Shown: positions 31,743 through 42,555, numbered from the stretch's first letter. The stretch is 64,000 nt of DNA from Gemmatimonadota bacterium (GCA_036476995.1 JAZGCO010000068.1:183-64182), one strand, 5' to 3'. Numbers and translations are program-made. Notes: generated from the letters alone by a model not told the origin.

Positions 31743-34343
31743 ATGAAGACACTGCGCGCCGGTTTGATCGTCCTCTCGGGAGCCTTTCTTGTTGGCGGCT
31801 GCGGAGGCAGTCCGACGGCTCCGCCTCCCCCGAACGGGACCAACAACACGATCTCGGCGGCGAGCGGCGACAACCAGACGGCCGCAACCGGGGCTCAGCT
31901 GCCGAGTTCTCTGGTGGCCCGGGTAAGCACCTCCACCGGGAACCCGGCCAACGGCGTCTCGGTGACGTGGTCCATCACGTCGGGCGCCGGCGCCTCGCTC
32001 AGCGCTACCAGTGGAACGACGGCGGCCGATGGCATGACCTCGGTCGATCTTACGCTCGGCTCAGCGGCCGGCACATACGTGGTCCAGGCGGCGATTACCG
32101 GCACGTCGGCGACCTTCACAGCCACGGCGGAGACACCTGTGGCCACCACGATCCAGGCCACGTCCGGCGACGGGCAGTCCGGCCTCGTGCTCGCTACGCT
32201 GCCCAGCCCGTTTGTGGCTACGGTGATGGACCAGTTTGGTAATGCGCTGGTCGGGCAGACCGTCGGCTTTGCCATCACGCGCGGCTCGGCGGGTTCCCCG
32301 TTCATAAGCGCTGCGTCGGCCACCACCGACGCGCAGGGACAGGCATCCACGACCTTGACCCTGGGAGACAAGAACGGGACCTATGAGGTGACGGCGACGG
32401 CGGGAAGCGCTTCAGTCCCGTTCTCCGCCACGGCATCGGGAGGAAGCGAGGATCTGTTCGGCATCACGGGGATCACGCCCGATACGATGACGCAGGGAGG
32501 GTCGGCGACTATCACCGGAACCGGCTTCAGCTCAGTTGCTGTCAACAACACTGTACTCGTGGACGGCGAGGCCGCCACGGTGAACACCGCGACGAACACG
32601 CAGCTGACCATCACTCTGCCGGACCTTCTGAGTCAGTGTCAGCCGCGCCGGGCGGCATCGGTGCAGGTGATCGTCGGTCCCGACAGCGAGACCGTCAACC
32701 AGCAGATCAAGCCGGCCAGCGAGCTGTCTCTCGCGGTGGGCGAGCATGTGCTGCTGAGCGGCCCGGCGGCCGCCGGCTGCGCCTATCTCCCGCCCCACTC
32801 AGCCGGAGCGGAGTACGAAGTGATCGCCTCGGTCGAGCCGGCCGGATTCGTCTTCACGGGAGTGAACCTGGAGGCGAACGGCCGAGGTCCGCTCACATCC
32901 ATTCGGCTACCGGTGACCGTCACCACGGCCTCCAGCTCGGCCTTGCTTGGTGGCCGGTTGCCACCCGAGCTCGCGGTGCGCGCCGTCCAGCATCAGTGGG
33001 ACATGCGGATGCGAGAGATGGAAGCGCCGCTGCGGCCGTACATGAAAGCACAGCCTTCGTTCGGGCTGTTCTCGCAGGTTCCGCCGTCTGTCGGGGATAG
33101 TCTCGACTTCTCGGTGTCCTGCACCTCAGAGCCCGACGTGCGCGCGGTCGCCGTATCTGTCGGTACGGCTGCAGCCGTGTTCGAGGACACGGTGGGTGGG
33201 GGAGGCTATTTCTCAGCCGCTCAGTATGACTCGATCGCGGCGGAGTTCGATACGATCACGTTCGCCACTAACGAGGCCTATTTCGGCACGCCGGCCGACA
33301 TCGATAACAACCAGAGGATCATTATTCTGTTCACGCCGGCCGTGAACGCGCTCACCCCGGGTGACTACTTGCTCGGTTTCGTTGCCGGGTTCTTCTGCGG
33401 GGGCGACCTGGTATCGGGCTTCGGAAACGATGCGGAAATGTTCTACATCGTGGTGCCTGATCCGGGCGGGATCTACAACCAGTGCATGTGCGGCTCACTG
33501 ACGGCCTCCACTGTACGCACCTTCGCCAGCAACACGATCGGGCACGAGTTCCAACATCTGATCAACGCACAGATCGGAAACGGCGGAGCGTTCGAAGTGT
33601 GGCTCAACGAGGGCCTCTCCCACCTTGCTGAAGAGGTTAACGGGCACGCCGCGCTGGGCCTGTTCCCAGGGACAAACCTCAACTCGACCACGGTGGGAGG
33701 CCTGACGCCCGAATTCTTAACCTGGTACGCCGGCAACTTCCTGAACCTGTCGTTGCACTTGCAGGCGCCGTCCGACACCGCCGCGCTCCTTCAGCAGATG
33801 GATCCGGGCGCTTCGGACCCGAACGGCACGTTCCGTATGCGGGGGGCGGCGTGGAGCTTCGTTCGCTACCTGCTGGATCGGTTCGCGACGCCTGGCACGG
33901 AGGCGGCGTTTACCCGGTCGATCATCCAGGGATCTAACCTCGACAACCGGGCCAACATAGAGGCATTGACCGGATCGTCGTTCGCGGACCTGGTGGCCGA
34001 ATGGTCGGCCATGCTGGCGGCGGAAGGACGCACCGATCTCACTTCGTTCGGTCCCGAGCTGACGCTCACGTCGTGGGACATGCTGGATCTGTATGACAGC
34101 TTCTCGCTGACCGTGCCTCCTGGCGGCGGAATGCTCGGATTCGGATACGGTCTGGTACCGGCAACGAGCCCACTGAGCGCAGGCGGAAACTGGGCCGGTA
34201 GTCTGTTCACGGGGACGGCGCAGTACGCTCGGCTCACGGGCGGGTCGGCGTCCGGCGGGACCGGAATCCGGTTCGAGTCGAACACGGGGGCGGATCTGGC
34301 CTCGACTGCGAATCCGCGGATGGTGATAGTGCGAACGCAGTAA
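31743..34343 (+). CDS. lipoprotein with tandem bacterial Ig-like (Big) repeats, a TIG/IPT-like domain and a C-terminal gluzincin-like domain (HEFQH...WLNEGLSHLAEE)
   Basis: Lipobox LVGGCGG. Four or more repeats of about 90 aa (e.g. ...ATGAQLPSSLVARVSTSTGNPANGVSVTWSIT...). GITPDTMTQGGSATITGTGF is the TIG domain. HExxH with Glu 18 residues later, as in the M1/Peptidase_MA family. Confidence 0.7.
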   Translation: MKTLRAGLIVLSGAFLVGGCGGSPTAPPPPNGTNNTISAASGDNQTAATGAQLPSSLVARVSTSTGNPANGVSVTWSITSGAGASLSATSGTTAADGMTSVDLTLGSAAGTYVVQAAITGTSATFTATAETPVATTIQATSGDGQSGLVLATLPSPFVATVMDQFGNALVGQTVGFAITRGSAGSPFISAASATTDAQGQASTTLTLGDKNGTYEVTATAGSASVPFSATASGGSEDLFGITGITPDTMTQGGSATITGTGFSSVAVNNTVLVDGEAATVNTATNTQLTITLPDLLSQCQPRRAASVQVIVGPDSETVNQQIKPASELSLAVGEHVLLSGPAAAGCAYLPPHSAGAEYEVIASVEPAGFVFTGVNLEANGRGPLTSIRLPVTVTTASSSALLGGRLPPELAVRAVQHQWDMRMREMEAPLRPYMKAQPSFGLFSQVPPSVGDSLDFSVSCTSEPDVRAVAVSVGTAAAVFEDTVGGGGYFSAAQYDSIAAEFDTITFATNEAYFGTPADIDNNQRIIILFTPAVNALTPGDYLLGFVAGFFCGGDLVSGFGNDAEMFYIVVPDPGGIYNQCMCGSLTASTVRTFASNTIGHEFQHLINAQIGNGGAFEVWLNEGLSHLAEEVNGHAALGLFPGTNLNSTTVGGLTPEFLTWYAGNFLNLSLHLQAPSDTAALLQQMDPGASDPNGTFRMRGAAWSFVRYLLDRFATPGTEAAFTRSIIQGSNLDNRANIEALTGSSFADLVAEWSAMLAAEGRTDLTSFGPELTLTSWDMLDLYDSFSLTVPPGGGMLGFGYGLVPATSPLSAGGNWAGSLFTGTAQYARLTGGSASGGTGIRFESNTGADLASTANPRMVIVRTQ

Positions 34344-34379
34344 CCGGCCGCAAAACACAGCTTTTCCTGTGCCGGCCGG
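34344..34379 (+). terminator. GC-rich hairpin directly after the lipoprotein stop codon (CCGGCCG..CACAG-cttttc-CTGTG..CGGCCGG)
   Basis: Nested inverted repeats seen in sequence at 34344-34379. No clear U-tract. Confidence 0.35.
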
Positions 34380-34417
34380 CTTGCCCGTCCCCAGGATGCG
34401 GCGCAGTTTCGCGGCAT

Positions 34418-35476
34418 ATGAGCGAGACCGTGTCCGATGAACTGAGCCAGAGCCAGCGCGAACTCGTCAGCCGCTTTGCGGAGGGCGATCAGCTTGCGCT
34501 GGCTCGTTGCATCAGCCAGGTGGAGGACCGAACGCCGGGCTTTGAAGCGCTCCTGGATGCTCTACACGATCGGGTAGGCTCGGCACACCGGATCGGACTA
34601 ACCGGGCCGCCCGGGGCCGGAAAGTCTACCCTCACGGCGTCCATCGCGCGCCGCCTGCGGGACCGGGGTCACCGTGTAGGGGTCGTCGCGGTCGATCCCA
34701 GCAGCCCGTTTACGGGCGGCGCCCTCCTGGGGGACCGCATCCGCATGGACGGGCTCGCGACAGAGGAGAACATTTTCATCCGCTCGATGGCCAGCCGCGG
34801 CGCGCACGGCGGACTGGCCGCCATGACCCGCGAGACGGTGGATGTGATGGACGCGTTCGGATTCGACCGGATCCTCATCGAGACCGTGGGTGTAGGCCAA
34901 TCAGAGCTTAAGATTGCCTCATCCGCCGACACGACGGTTGTGGTCCTGGTGCCGGAGTCCGGTGATGGCATTCAGGCCATGAAGGCCGGCCTCATGGAGG
35001 TGGCGGACGTGTTAGTCGTCAACAAGGCGGACCGGGCCGGCGCAGACATGATCCGCAAGGAGATTCAGGTAGCCAGGGCTTTGGCTTCCGTCGGGGGTGG
35101 CGGCGTTGGCGGATCGGGCCAGCACGGCGTGGACCTGAACGCGCCGGAAGACCGGGAGGATCCCGGCTGGTCAGCACCGATTCTAAAGACAGTAGGGACC
35201 GACGAGGCGGGTGTTCCAGAGCTGGTCGACCAGATCGAACGTCACCGCGAGTGGCTTCTCGAGAGCGGAACCCTGGAGTCGCGCCGCCGCAGCTCATGGA
35301 TGGAACAAGTGAGGGAAGTCTTGAAGCGAGCCGCGGCCAGTCGGGCCGACGCAGTATGGCGGCGCTGGGCTGCAGCGGGAGGCGCCGACGGCACCGAACC
35401 TGACTCTTCACCATATGAAATCGCTTGGCGGCTCCTGGCTGACCTGCAAGCGAGCTACGAAACGGACGAAGAATGA
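34418..35476 (+). CDS. meaB: methylmalonyl-CoA mutase-associated GTPase MeaB (ArgK)
   Basis: GLTGPPGAGKSTLTASIARRL is the P-loop. G3E family motifs. Confidence 0.9.
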   Translation: MSETVSDELSQSQRELVSRFAEGDQLALARCISQVEDRTPGFEALLDALHDRVGSAHRIGLTGPPGAGKSTLTASIARRLRDRGHRVGVVAVDPSSPFTGGALLGDRIRMDGLATEENIFIRSMASRGAHGGLAAMTRETVDVMDAFGFDRILIETVGVGQSELKIASSADTTVVVLVPESGDGIQAMKAGLMEVADVLVVNKADRAGADMIRKEIQVARALASVGGGGVGGSGQHGVDLNAPEDREDPGWSAPILKTVGTDEAGVPELVDQIERHREWLLESGTLESRRRSSWMEQVREVLKRAAASRADAVWRRWAAAGGADGTEPDSSPYEIAWRLLADLQASYETDEE

Positions 35477-37146
35477 CTCAGCCCGAAGACCGCGACCAGG
35501 AAGGACTCGAAGCACCGTTCGCCAGGTGGAAGGCGCAAGCGGATTCGATCCCGACTCGGGACGATGTGGACTTTTCGTCCGTTTCCGGCATTCCGATTGA
35601 AATGCTGTACACGCCGCTCGACACGGCCGCCGATGACTACGCGAACGACCTCGGTTTCCCGGGCGAATATCCGTTCACGAGAGGGCCGTACAGCACGATG
35701 TACCGGACCAAGCTCTGGACGATGCGGCAGTTCGCCGGCTTCGCGACGGCACAGGAAACCAACGAACGCTACAAGTTTCTCCTGGAACGCGGTCAGACCG
35801 GCCTGTCGGTCGCTTTCGACTTTCCGACTCTGATGGGCTACGACTCGGACGATCCGCTTTGCGAGGGTGAGGTAGGGAAGTGTGGCGTCGCCATTTGCAG
35901 TCTGGCCGACATGGAAACTCTGTTCGAAGGCATCCCGCTCGACCGGGTATCCGTCTCGATGACGATCAACGGTCCTGCCATGATGCTGTACTGCTTTCTC
36001 CTCGTAGCGGCGGAGCGTCAAGGTGTGCCGTTCGAGAAAGTTCAGGGGACGATCCAGAACGACATTCTCAAGGAGTACATGGCGCAGCACGCCTGGATAT
36101 ATCCACCCAAGCCGGCGCTCAAGGTCATTACGGACATCTTCGAGTGGTCCGCCGTCCACGCACCGAGTTTCAACACCATTTCGATCTCCGGCTACCATAT
36201 TCGAGAAGCTGGCGCCACGGCAGTCCAGGAACTGGCCTATACGCTGAAGAACGGTTTCACATACGTCGAAGAGGGCGTTGCCCGCGGGCTGGACCCGGAC
36301 GATTTCGCGCCGCGGTTGTCGTTCTTCTGGGACGTGCACAACGATTTCTTCGAAGAGATCGCCAAGTTCCGGGCGGCGAGACGAATCTGGGCCCGGCACA
36401 TGCGCGATATCTACGGCGCCAAGAAGCCGGCCAGCTGGCGGCTCCGGACACACGCACAGACGGCGGGAGTCACACTGACCGCTCAGCAGCCGCACAACAA
36501 CATCGTCCGGGTCGCCTATCAGGCGATGGCCGCCATCCTGGGGGGCACACAGTCGCTGCACACCAACGCCATGGACGAGACCCTGGCCCTGCCTACAGAG
36601 GCCGCGGTTCGAATCGCACTACGCACGCAGCAAATCCTGGCGTACGAAACGGGCGTTCCCAACACCATCGATCCGTTGGCTGGTTCCTACTATCTGGAGG
36701 CGCTGACGGATCAACTCGAGGCGGAGGCCGAGGCGATTTTCGCCGAGATCGATAATTTGGGCGGCGTCGTCGCAGGAATCGAGTCCGGATATTTTCAGAG
36801 CCAGATCGCTAGCTCGGCAGCCCGCTTCCAGTCTGAGGTAGAGCGCGGTGCGCAGACGATCGTCGGTGTGAACGCGTTTTCCGAGGCGGCTGAAACGGAG
36901 ATCGAAATCCTACACATCGGAGACGAGGCGGCCGAAACGCAAAGCAAACGCCTGGGGCGGGTCAGAGCGCAGCGGTCCCAGTCGGAGGTGGAGGCTGCCC
37001 TGGAACGAGTGACGGCCACCGCCCAGGCGGACGAAAACCTCATGCCCGCGGTGCTCGACGCGGTTCGTGCGTACGCTACCTTGGGTGAGATTCGGGAGAC
37101 CATAGTCGCGGTGTACGGCAGGTTTCACGAACCAGTCGCCTTCTAG
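35473..37146 (+). CDS. methylmalonyl-CoA mutase, catalytic (TIM-barrel) subunit of a split enzyme
   Basis: 557 aa. FPGEYPFTRGPYSTMYRTKLWTMRQFAGF is the MCM substrate-binding signature. Lacks the B12 domain, which is encoded by the next gene. Confidence 0.9.
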   Translation: MTQPEDRDQEGLEAPFARWKAQADSIPTRDDVDFSSVSGIPIEMLYTPLDTAADDYANDLGFPGEYPFTRGPYSTMYRTKLWTMRQFAGFATAQETNERYKFLLERGQTGLSVAFDFPTLMGYDSDDPLCEGEVGKCGVAICSLADMETLFEGIPLDRVSVSMTINGPAMMLYCFLLVAAERQGVPFEKVQGTIQNDILKEYMAQHAWIYPPKPALKVITDIFEWSAVHAPSFNTISISGYHIREAGATAVQELAYTLKNGFTYVEEGVARGLDPDDFAPRLSFFWDVHNDFFEEIAKFRAARRIWARHMRDIYGAKKPASWRLRTHAQTAGVTLTAQQPHNNIVRVAYQAMAAILGGTQSLHTNAMDETLALPTEAAVRIALRTQQILAYETGVPNTIDPLAGSYYLEALTDQLEAEAEAIFAEIDNLGGVVAGIESGYFQSQIASSAARFQSEVERGAQTIVGVNAFSEAAETEIEILHIGDEAAETQSKRLGRVRAQRSQSEVEAALERVTATAQADENLMPAVLDAVRAYATLGEIRETIVAVYGRFHEPVAF

Positions 37147-37278
37147 CTCGCGGCAGCCATCGTCTCACGCGACTTTGTTGCCCGTAAGCCGTCCCAAACC
37201 GTAAGTTACGGGGTTCAGCGCTCTCCGTCCGCACCGGCAGGTGGAGGCGGTTCGATGCCCTTTCTCTGAGATCACTGC

Positions 37279-37694
<416 letters not shown>

Positions 37695-37695
<1 letters not shown>

Positions 37696-39305
37696 TGCCC
37701 GCCGCACCCGGCCGCATGCAGCAGCTCGTAGACCCGCTACGCGAGCTAGAGGACCGGATTCGGCTTGGCGGAGGCGAGGCGCGCATCGAGCGCCAGCATG
37801 CCCAGGGTAAGCTGACTGCCCGTGAGCGCGTGGAGCTTATGCTGGATCCCGGCGGGGCTTTCCTCGAAATCGGACTCCTGGTGGCGCACGACCAGTACGA
37901 CGGTCAGGCGCCGGCGGCCGGTGTCGTGACCGGAATAGGAGAAGTGGCGGGCAGGGTCGTGGTCGTGGTCGCCAATGATGCCACGGTAAAAGCCGGAAGC
38001 TGGTGGCCCGAAACGATAACCAAGATTCTTCGGGCCCAGGAAATCGCGATGCGGTGCCGGGTTCCCATCATCTATCTGGTGGACTCGGCCGGCGTAAATC
38101 TTCCCTACCAGGGCGGCGTATTTCCCGGAAAATACGGGGCCAGCCGCATCTTCTACTACAATTCCATCATGCGGCACTACCTGGACATTCCGCAGCTCGC
38201 GGCTGTCATGGGCCAGTGCATAGCGGGCGGTGCGTATCTGCCGGCGCTGTCTGACCAGATCATTATGGTGGAGGGCACCAGTTTCATGGGCCTGGGAGGG
38301 CCGAACCTGGTTAAAGGCGCCACCGGACAGGATGTGGAATCCGAGGCGCTAGGCGGCGCTCTGACCCACAACCGCGACAGCGGCGTGGCCCACTTTCGCG
38401 TCCCCGACGACAAGGCCTGTCTCGCCAAGCTGCGCGATCTGGTCGCGGACCTTCCTCCGGCCGTCGCCATCCCGCCCGAGGACACGCCCGCGAATCCACT
38501 CCGTCCGGCTACCGACGCTTACGACCTTATGCCGCCCGACCACAGGCAGCCATATGAGGTCGAGGATCTTCTGGACACGTTTCTGGACGCTGGGAGATTC
38601 GAAGAGTTCCAGGCGGACTTCGCGCCCGAGATGCTGGTCGGCGTCGCCAGACTGGCCGGCCGCCGCATCGGTGTGATCGCCAATCGGCGCGGAATGTTCC
38701 GGGCGGAAGCGGGCCCGCCAAAATTTGGCGGCATCGTCTATACCGACACGGCTGAGAAGGTCGCGTACTTCATGGATGTGTGTGACCGGCACCGCACACC
38801 GCTGCTGTTCGTTCAAGATGTGAGCGGCTTCATGGTAGGGATTGACGCGGAGCACTCCGGAATCATTCGGGCCGGCGCCCGAATGGTCGAGTCGATGGCC
38901 ACGGCGCGGGTGCCCAAGATCGTCCTCACCACCAACCACGCGAGCGGCGCCGGATACTATGCCATGGCGGGCCAGGGATTTGACCCGGACTTCATCTTTT
39001 CTTGGCCGACCGGACGCATGGGCGTAATGGAAGGCGATGCGGCCGTCCGAGCCGTGTATGGGACGAAGCTGGACCAAGCGGCCCGGGAAGGAACCGAACT
39101 CGACGAGGAGACGATCAACCAGATGGAGGTGACGCGCGCGACGTATGAAGAGCAGATGGAAGCGACCTACGCGGCGGCGCGCGGCTTTGTGGATGCCATC
39201 GTGACGCCTGAGCAGACGCGCGAGGTACTCGACCTGGCCATTCGATGTTCCCTGCAGAATCCTGGGCCGCACCTCGGTACATTCAACCTCCCGCCCGGCA
39301 CGTGA
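37695..39305 (+). CDS. acyl-CoA carboxyltransferase (propionyl-CoA carboxylase beta / methylmalonyl-CoA carboxyltransferase 12S family)
   Basis: ARERVELMLDPGGAFLEIG and tandem crotonase-fold CT domains. No biotin carboxylase/BCCP gene in the window. Confidence 0.85.
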
Positions 39306-40693
39306 CGGATCAGGTCGCAGGGCAGGCGAAGACGGTGCGGGTCGCGTCGGGCCAGGGGTTCTGGGGCGACTGGCAGGAAGCGCCCAAGCTACAGGTCCGG
39401 CATGGGCCGATCGACTATCTGATGCTCGACTATCTGGCCGAGATCACCATGTCGATCCTCCAGAAGCAGAAGGACAAGGATCCGGACGCGGGATACGCGA
39501 GAGATTTCGTTCCGCTCATTCTCGACCTGGCTCCCGATCTGCTGGCCAAGGGTGTCCGCGTGATCAGCAACGCTGGCGGCGTGAACCCGGAAGCCTGCCG
39601 CCAGGCGCTGACTCAGGGTCTGGCCAAGCTGGACCTTCCGCGGCCGCTACGCATCGCCATTGTGCGCGGCGACGACCTGATGGGTAGGCTGGACGAGCTT
39701 CTCGTGGCGGGGCACGAACTGCGGAACATGGAAACCGGCGAAGCGCTGGCGGGTGTCCGCGACCGGCTGGTCAGCGCAAACGCCTACATAGGCGCGGTTC
39801 CGATCGTTGAAGCCCTGCGCCAGGACGCGGACGTCGTGATCACCGGCAGGTCCACCGACACAGCCCTCACCTACGGGCCTTTAGCGTTCGAGTTCGGCTG
39901 GGGGGAAGACGACTGGGACCGGCTCGCGGCGGGCGTTGTGGCAGGCCACATCAACGAGTGCGGCTGCCAGGCGGCCGGCGGCAATTCGCAGTTCGATTGG
40001 CGCAGCATCGATCTGGTCGCGCCGGGCTATCCGATCATCGAGGCTTCCGCGGACGGCAGCTTCATCGTGACCAAGCACTCGGACCTGGGCGGCCGCGTCA
40101 CCTGGGCTTCGGTTACGGAGCAGCTAGTGTACGAAATGGGTAATCCGAAGGAGTACATCACGCCCGACTGCGTAGCCGACTTTTCCACTATCCAGCTGGA
40201 AGAGGATGGCACCGACCGGGTGCGCGTGTTCGGAGTTCGCGGACGGCAACGGACCGATCAGCTCAAGGTGTCGATGGCGTACCGCGACGGGTACAAGGCT
40301 GTAGGCGCTCTGACCTACGCGTGGCCGGACGCACTCGATAAGGCGCGCCGGGCTGACGAGATCCTCCGCGCCCGCCTGGATCGGCTGGGGCTGTCCTTCG
40401 ACGAGATTCGAACCGAGTTCGTGGGCGCCGGAGCCTGTGTGGGCAGGTCTCCAGGCGGTGATCCTCTGGATCTTCCCGAGGTCGAGATGCGGGTCGGTGT
40501 GCGCGGCCCGGACCGAGAGGCCGTAGATCGTTTTACCCGGGAGCTTGCACCGCTCATTTTGGCAGGTCCACCCAGCGTGACCGGATTTGCGGGCGGTCGT
40601 CCGCGGGTGCAGGAGGTCATGGCGTACTGGCCGGCTTTGATCGACCGGAATGTCGTCGAGGATCAGCTCGAAGTGGAAGTCGGTGAGGCGTGA
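39302..40693 (+). CDS. AtuA-like protein (DUF1446 family)
   Basis: VRVASGQGFWGDWQEAPKLQVRHGPIDYLMLDYLAEITM is the DUF1446 N-terminal signature. GTG start overlaps the upstream stop. Confidence 0.65.
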   Translation: MTDQVAGQAKTVRVASGQGFWGDWQEAPKLQVRHGPIDYLMLDYLAEITMSILQKQKDKDPDAGYARDFVPLILDLAPDLLAKGVRVISNAGGVNPEACRQALTQGLAKLDLPRPLRIAIVRGDDLMGRLDELLVAGHELRNMETGEALAGVRDRLVSANAYIGAVPIVEALRQDADVVITGRSTDTALTYGPLAFEFGWGEDDWDRLAAGVVAGHINECGCQAAGGNSQFDWRSIDLVAPGYPIIEASADGSFIVTKHSDLGGRVTWASVTEQLVYEMGNPKEYITPDCVADFSTIQLEEDGTDRVRVFGVRGRQRTDQLKVSMAYRDGYKAVGALTYAWPDALDKARRADEILRARLDRLGLSFDEIRTEFVGAGACVGRSPGGDPLDLPEVEMRVGVRGPDREAVDRFTRELAPLILAGPPSVTGFAGGRPRVQEVMAYWPALIDRNVVEDQLEVEVGEA

Positions 40694-41064
40694 AGGTGCA
40701 GCTGCGCGAGGTAGCCATCGCACGATCGGGCGACAAAGGAGACACCGCGAACGTGGGTGTGATTGCCATGACATCAGACGTATATTACGCTTTAGAGCAA
40801 CAACTTACTTCGGATAATGTAAAGCGATACTTTAGCGCCGTGTGCGCTGGCCCCGTGGAGCGATTCGAGCTGCCTAATCTCAAGGCTCTCAACTTCCTGC
40901 TCCATGAATCGCTGGGGGGCGGGGGAACGGTTTCTCTCATGCTCGATGCGCAGGGAAAGACTTTTGGCGCCGCCATTCTGGGAATGGAAGTGGAACTGCC
41001 GGAGGAGCTCATAGGGGAGGCGGCAAGGATACTGAAGCGTGGAGTGTCAGGAGGCGGAGAATGA
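40690..41064 (+). CDS. small AtuA-partner protein (DUF4387-like)
   Basis: 124 aa, translationally coupled on both sides (GTGA / ATGA). Family assignment from memory of the conserved DUF1446-DUF4387 gene pair. Contains the rare-codon patch at 40771-40836. Confidence 0.5.
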   Translation: MKVQLREVAIARSGDKGDTANVGVIAMTSDVYYALEQQLTSDNVKRYFSAVCAGPVERFELPNLKALNFLLHESLGGGGTVSLMLDAQGKTFGAAILGMEVELPEELIGEAARILKRGVSGGGE

Positions 41065-41828
41065 CGCGGAGCCAGATTCGAACCAAGGTCGAAGGCGAGT
41101 CCGGCATCGCGCGCATCACGCTCAACAATCCCGATCGGCGAAACGCGCTCAGCAGGCTCCTGGTTGCGGAATTGGAAACCGCCTTCAGCGAGGCCGACGC
41201 CGATCCGGCCGTGCGGGTTGTGTTCCTGGATGCCGAAGGGCCCGACTTCTGTGCCGGAGCCGATCTCATAGAGGTGCAGGCGTCGGTCGAGGAAGGCGTG
41301 ATCGCCAGCCTATTCGACGCCGATGCCCTGGGTGATCTGTTTATCCAGATCCGGAGAATGGACAAACCGGTCATCTCAGCCGTACACGGCCGGGCGCTCG
41401 CGGGTGGGTGCGGGCTAGCCACGGCGTGCGACCTCGTTCTGGCTTCGTTCGATGCTGAGTTCGGCTACCCCGAAGTCCGACTGGGATTCGTTCCGGCCAT
41501 GGTAATGGCCATTCTTCGCCGGTCCATGGGCGAGAAACGAGCCTTCGAACTGGTGGCGCTGGGTGACTGTATCAGCGCTTCTCAGGCTCTGGCCTACGGT
41601 CTCGTCAATAAGGTATTTGATTCGGAGAGCTTTGAGGTTCGGGCGTTGGAGACCGCTCGTGAGCTGGCGGCACGAAGCGCATCGGCCCTCAGCCTAACCA
41701 AACGGCTTCTGTATCAGGTCGAAGGCGCCAGCTTTGAAGACGCGATTCGCGCCGGAGCCGAAGTGAATGCACTCGCCCGACTCACGCCGGACTGCCAGGT
41801 TGGCATCAAGCGGTTTCTGGACCGCTAG
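41061..41828 (+). CDS. enoyl-CoA hydratase/isomerase (crotonase family)
   Basis: VVFLDAEGPDFCAGADL...GGCGLA shows the crotonase oxyanion-hole motifs. Confidence 0.85.
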   Translation: MTRSQIRTKVEGESGIARITLNNPDRRNALSRLLVAELETAFSEADADPAVRVVFLDAEGPDFCAGADLIEVQASVEEGVIASLFDADALGDLFIQIRRMDKPVISAVHGRALAGGCGLATACDLVLASFDAEFGYPEVRLGFVPAMVMAILRRSMGEKRAFELVALGDCISASQALAYGLVNKVFDSESFEVRALETARELAARSASALSLTKRLLYQVEGASFEDAIRAGAEVNALARLTPDCQVGIKRFLDR

Positions 41829-41854
41829 TCAGCCAGACCTACTCCAGGAGAGAA

Positions 41855-42523
41855 ATGGAACAAGAGACGCCAGATCCCGGAATCCGCCGGCCACTCAGGC
41901 CGCATTGGGCAGGTGCGATCGCGCTGGGCTGCTTCGTCGGCGCGGCACTGCTGTTCAGCGATGGATCACAGTCCGGCATCGCGGCGGGTGTACTGGTGGC
42001 GATCGGCGGGCTCGTAGCGCTAGCCGTATCGCTCGGCGCTGCGGCTCACGGTCCGGAGATTGAAGGTCCGCTGGACCTCAGTTCACGGATCGCGCTTGGC
42101 CTGCTTGGCGGCCTGCTTGGCGGGCTGGCGCACGGAGCTGTTACGTGGGTAGCGCTAGAGAGCGGCCTTCTTGGCCTGCTTCGGACGTCGGTCGACCCTC
42201 AGCTTGATACGAGCGGCTGGGCCATCCGGGTACTCTTGGGTCCGGTGCTCGGACTTGTCCTCGGGATATGGTATGGCGGCATTCCGGGCCGAAACTTCGT
42301 GTCCAAGGCCGCCATGTTCGCCTCTATTCCCACTCTGATCGCGTGGCTCGACTACTTCCCTCGGCAGACGGGAGAAGGCCTTCTAGGCCTGCGGTTGGGC
42401 CTCGCCACGCCCCTGGTTGTCCTGGCGGGCTTCGTTCTCGCTGCCGTGGTTACGGCCTCGGTTGTGGTCTGGGGAGACCGTACCGAGCACGCGCCTCTCA
42501 GCCGGCCGCTCGTGCCCCGGTGA
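41855..42523 (+). CDS. hypothetical polytopic membrane protein with glycine-zipper-like repeats
   Basis: Several hydrophobic segments with GxxxG spacing (GLLGGLLGGLAHG). No recognisable family. Confidence 0.45.
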   Translation: MEQETPDPGIRRPLRPHWAGAIALGCFVGAALLFSDGSQSGIAAGVLVAIGGLVALAVSLGAAAHGPEIEGPLDLSSRIALGLLGGLLGGLAHGAVTWVALESGLLGLLRTSVDPQLDTSGWAIRVLLGPVLGLVLGIWYGGIPGRNFVSKAAMFASIPTLIAWLDYFPRQTGEGLLGLRLGLATPLVVLAGFVLAAVVTASVVVWGDRTEHAPLSRPLVPR

Positions 42524-42555
42524 TAATGGCTTGAACCGGTTGGTGAATATGCGGT

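Noticed and set aside
40401-40412. GATTCGAACC (T-loop-like) motifs at 40406 and 41081 that could hint at tRNA genes
   Set aside because: Both lie inside well-supported CDSs. No acceptor stem or anticodon arm can be built around them.
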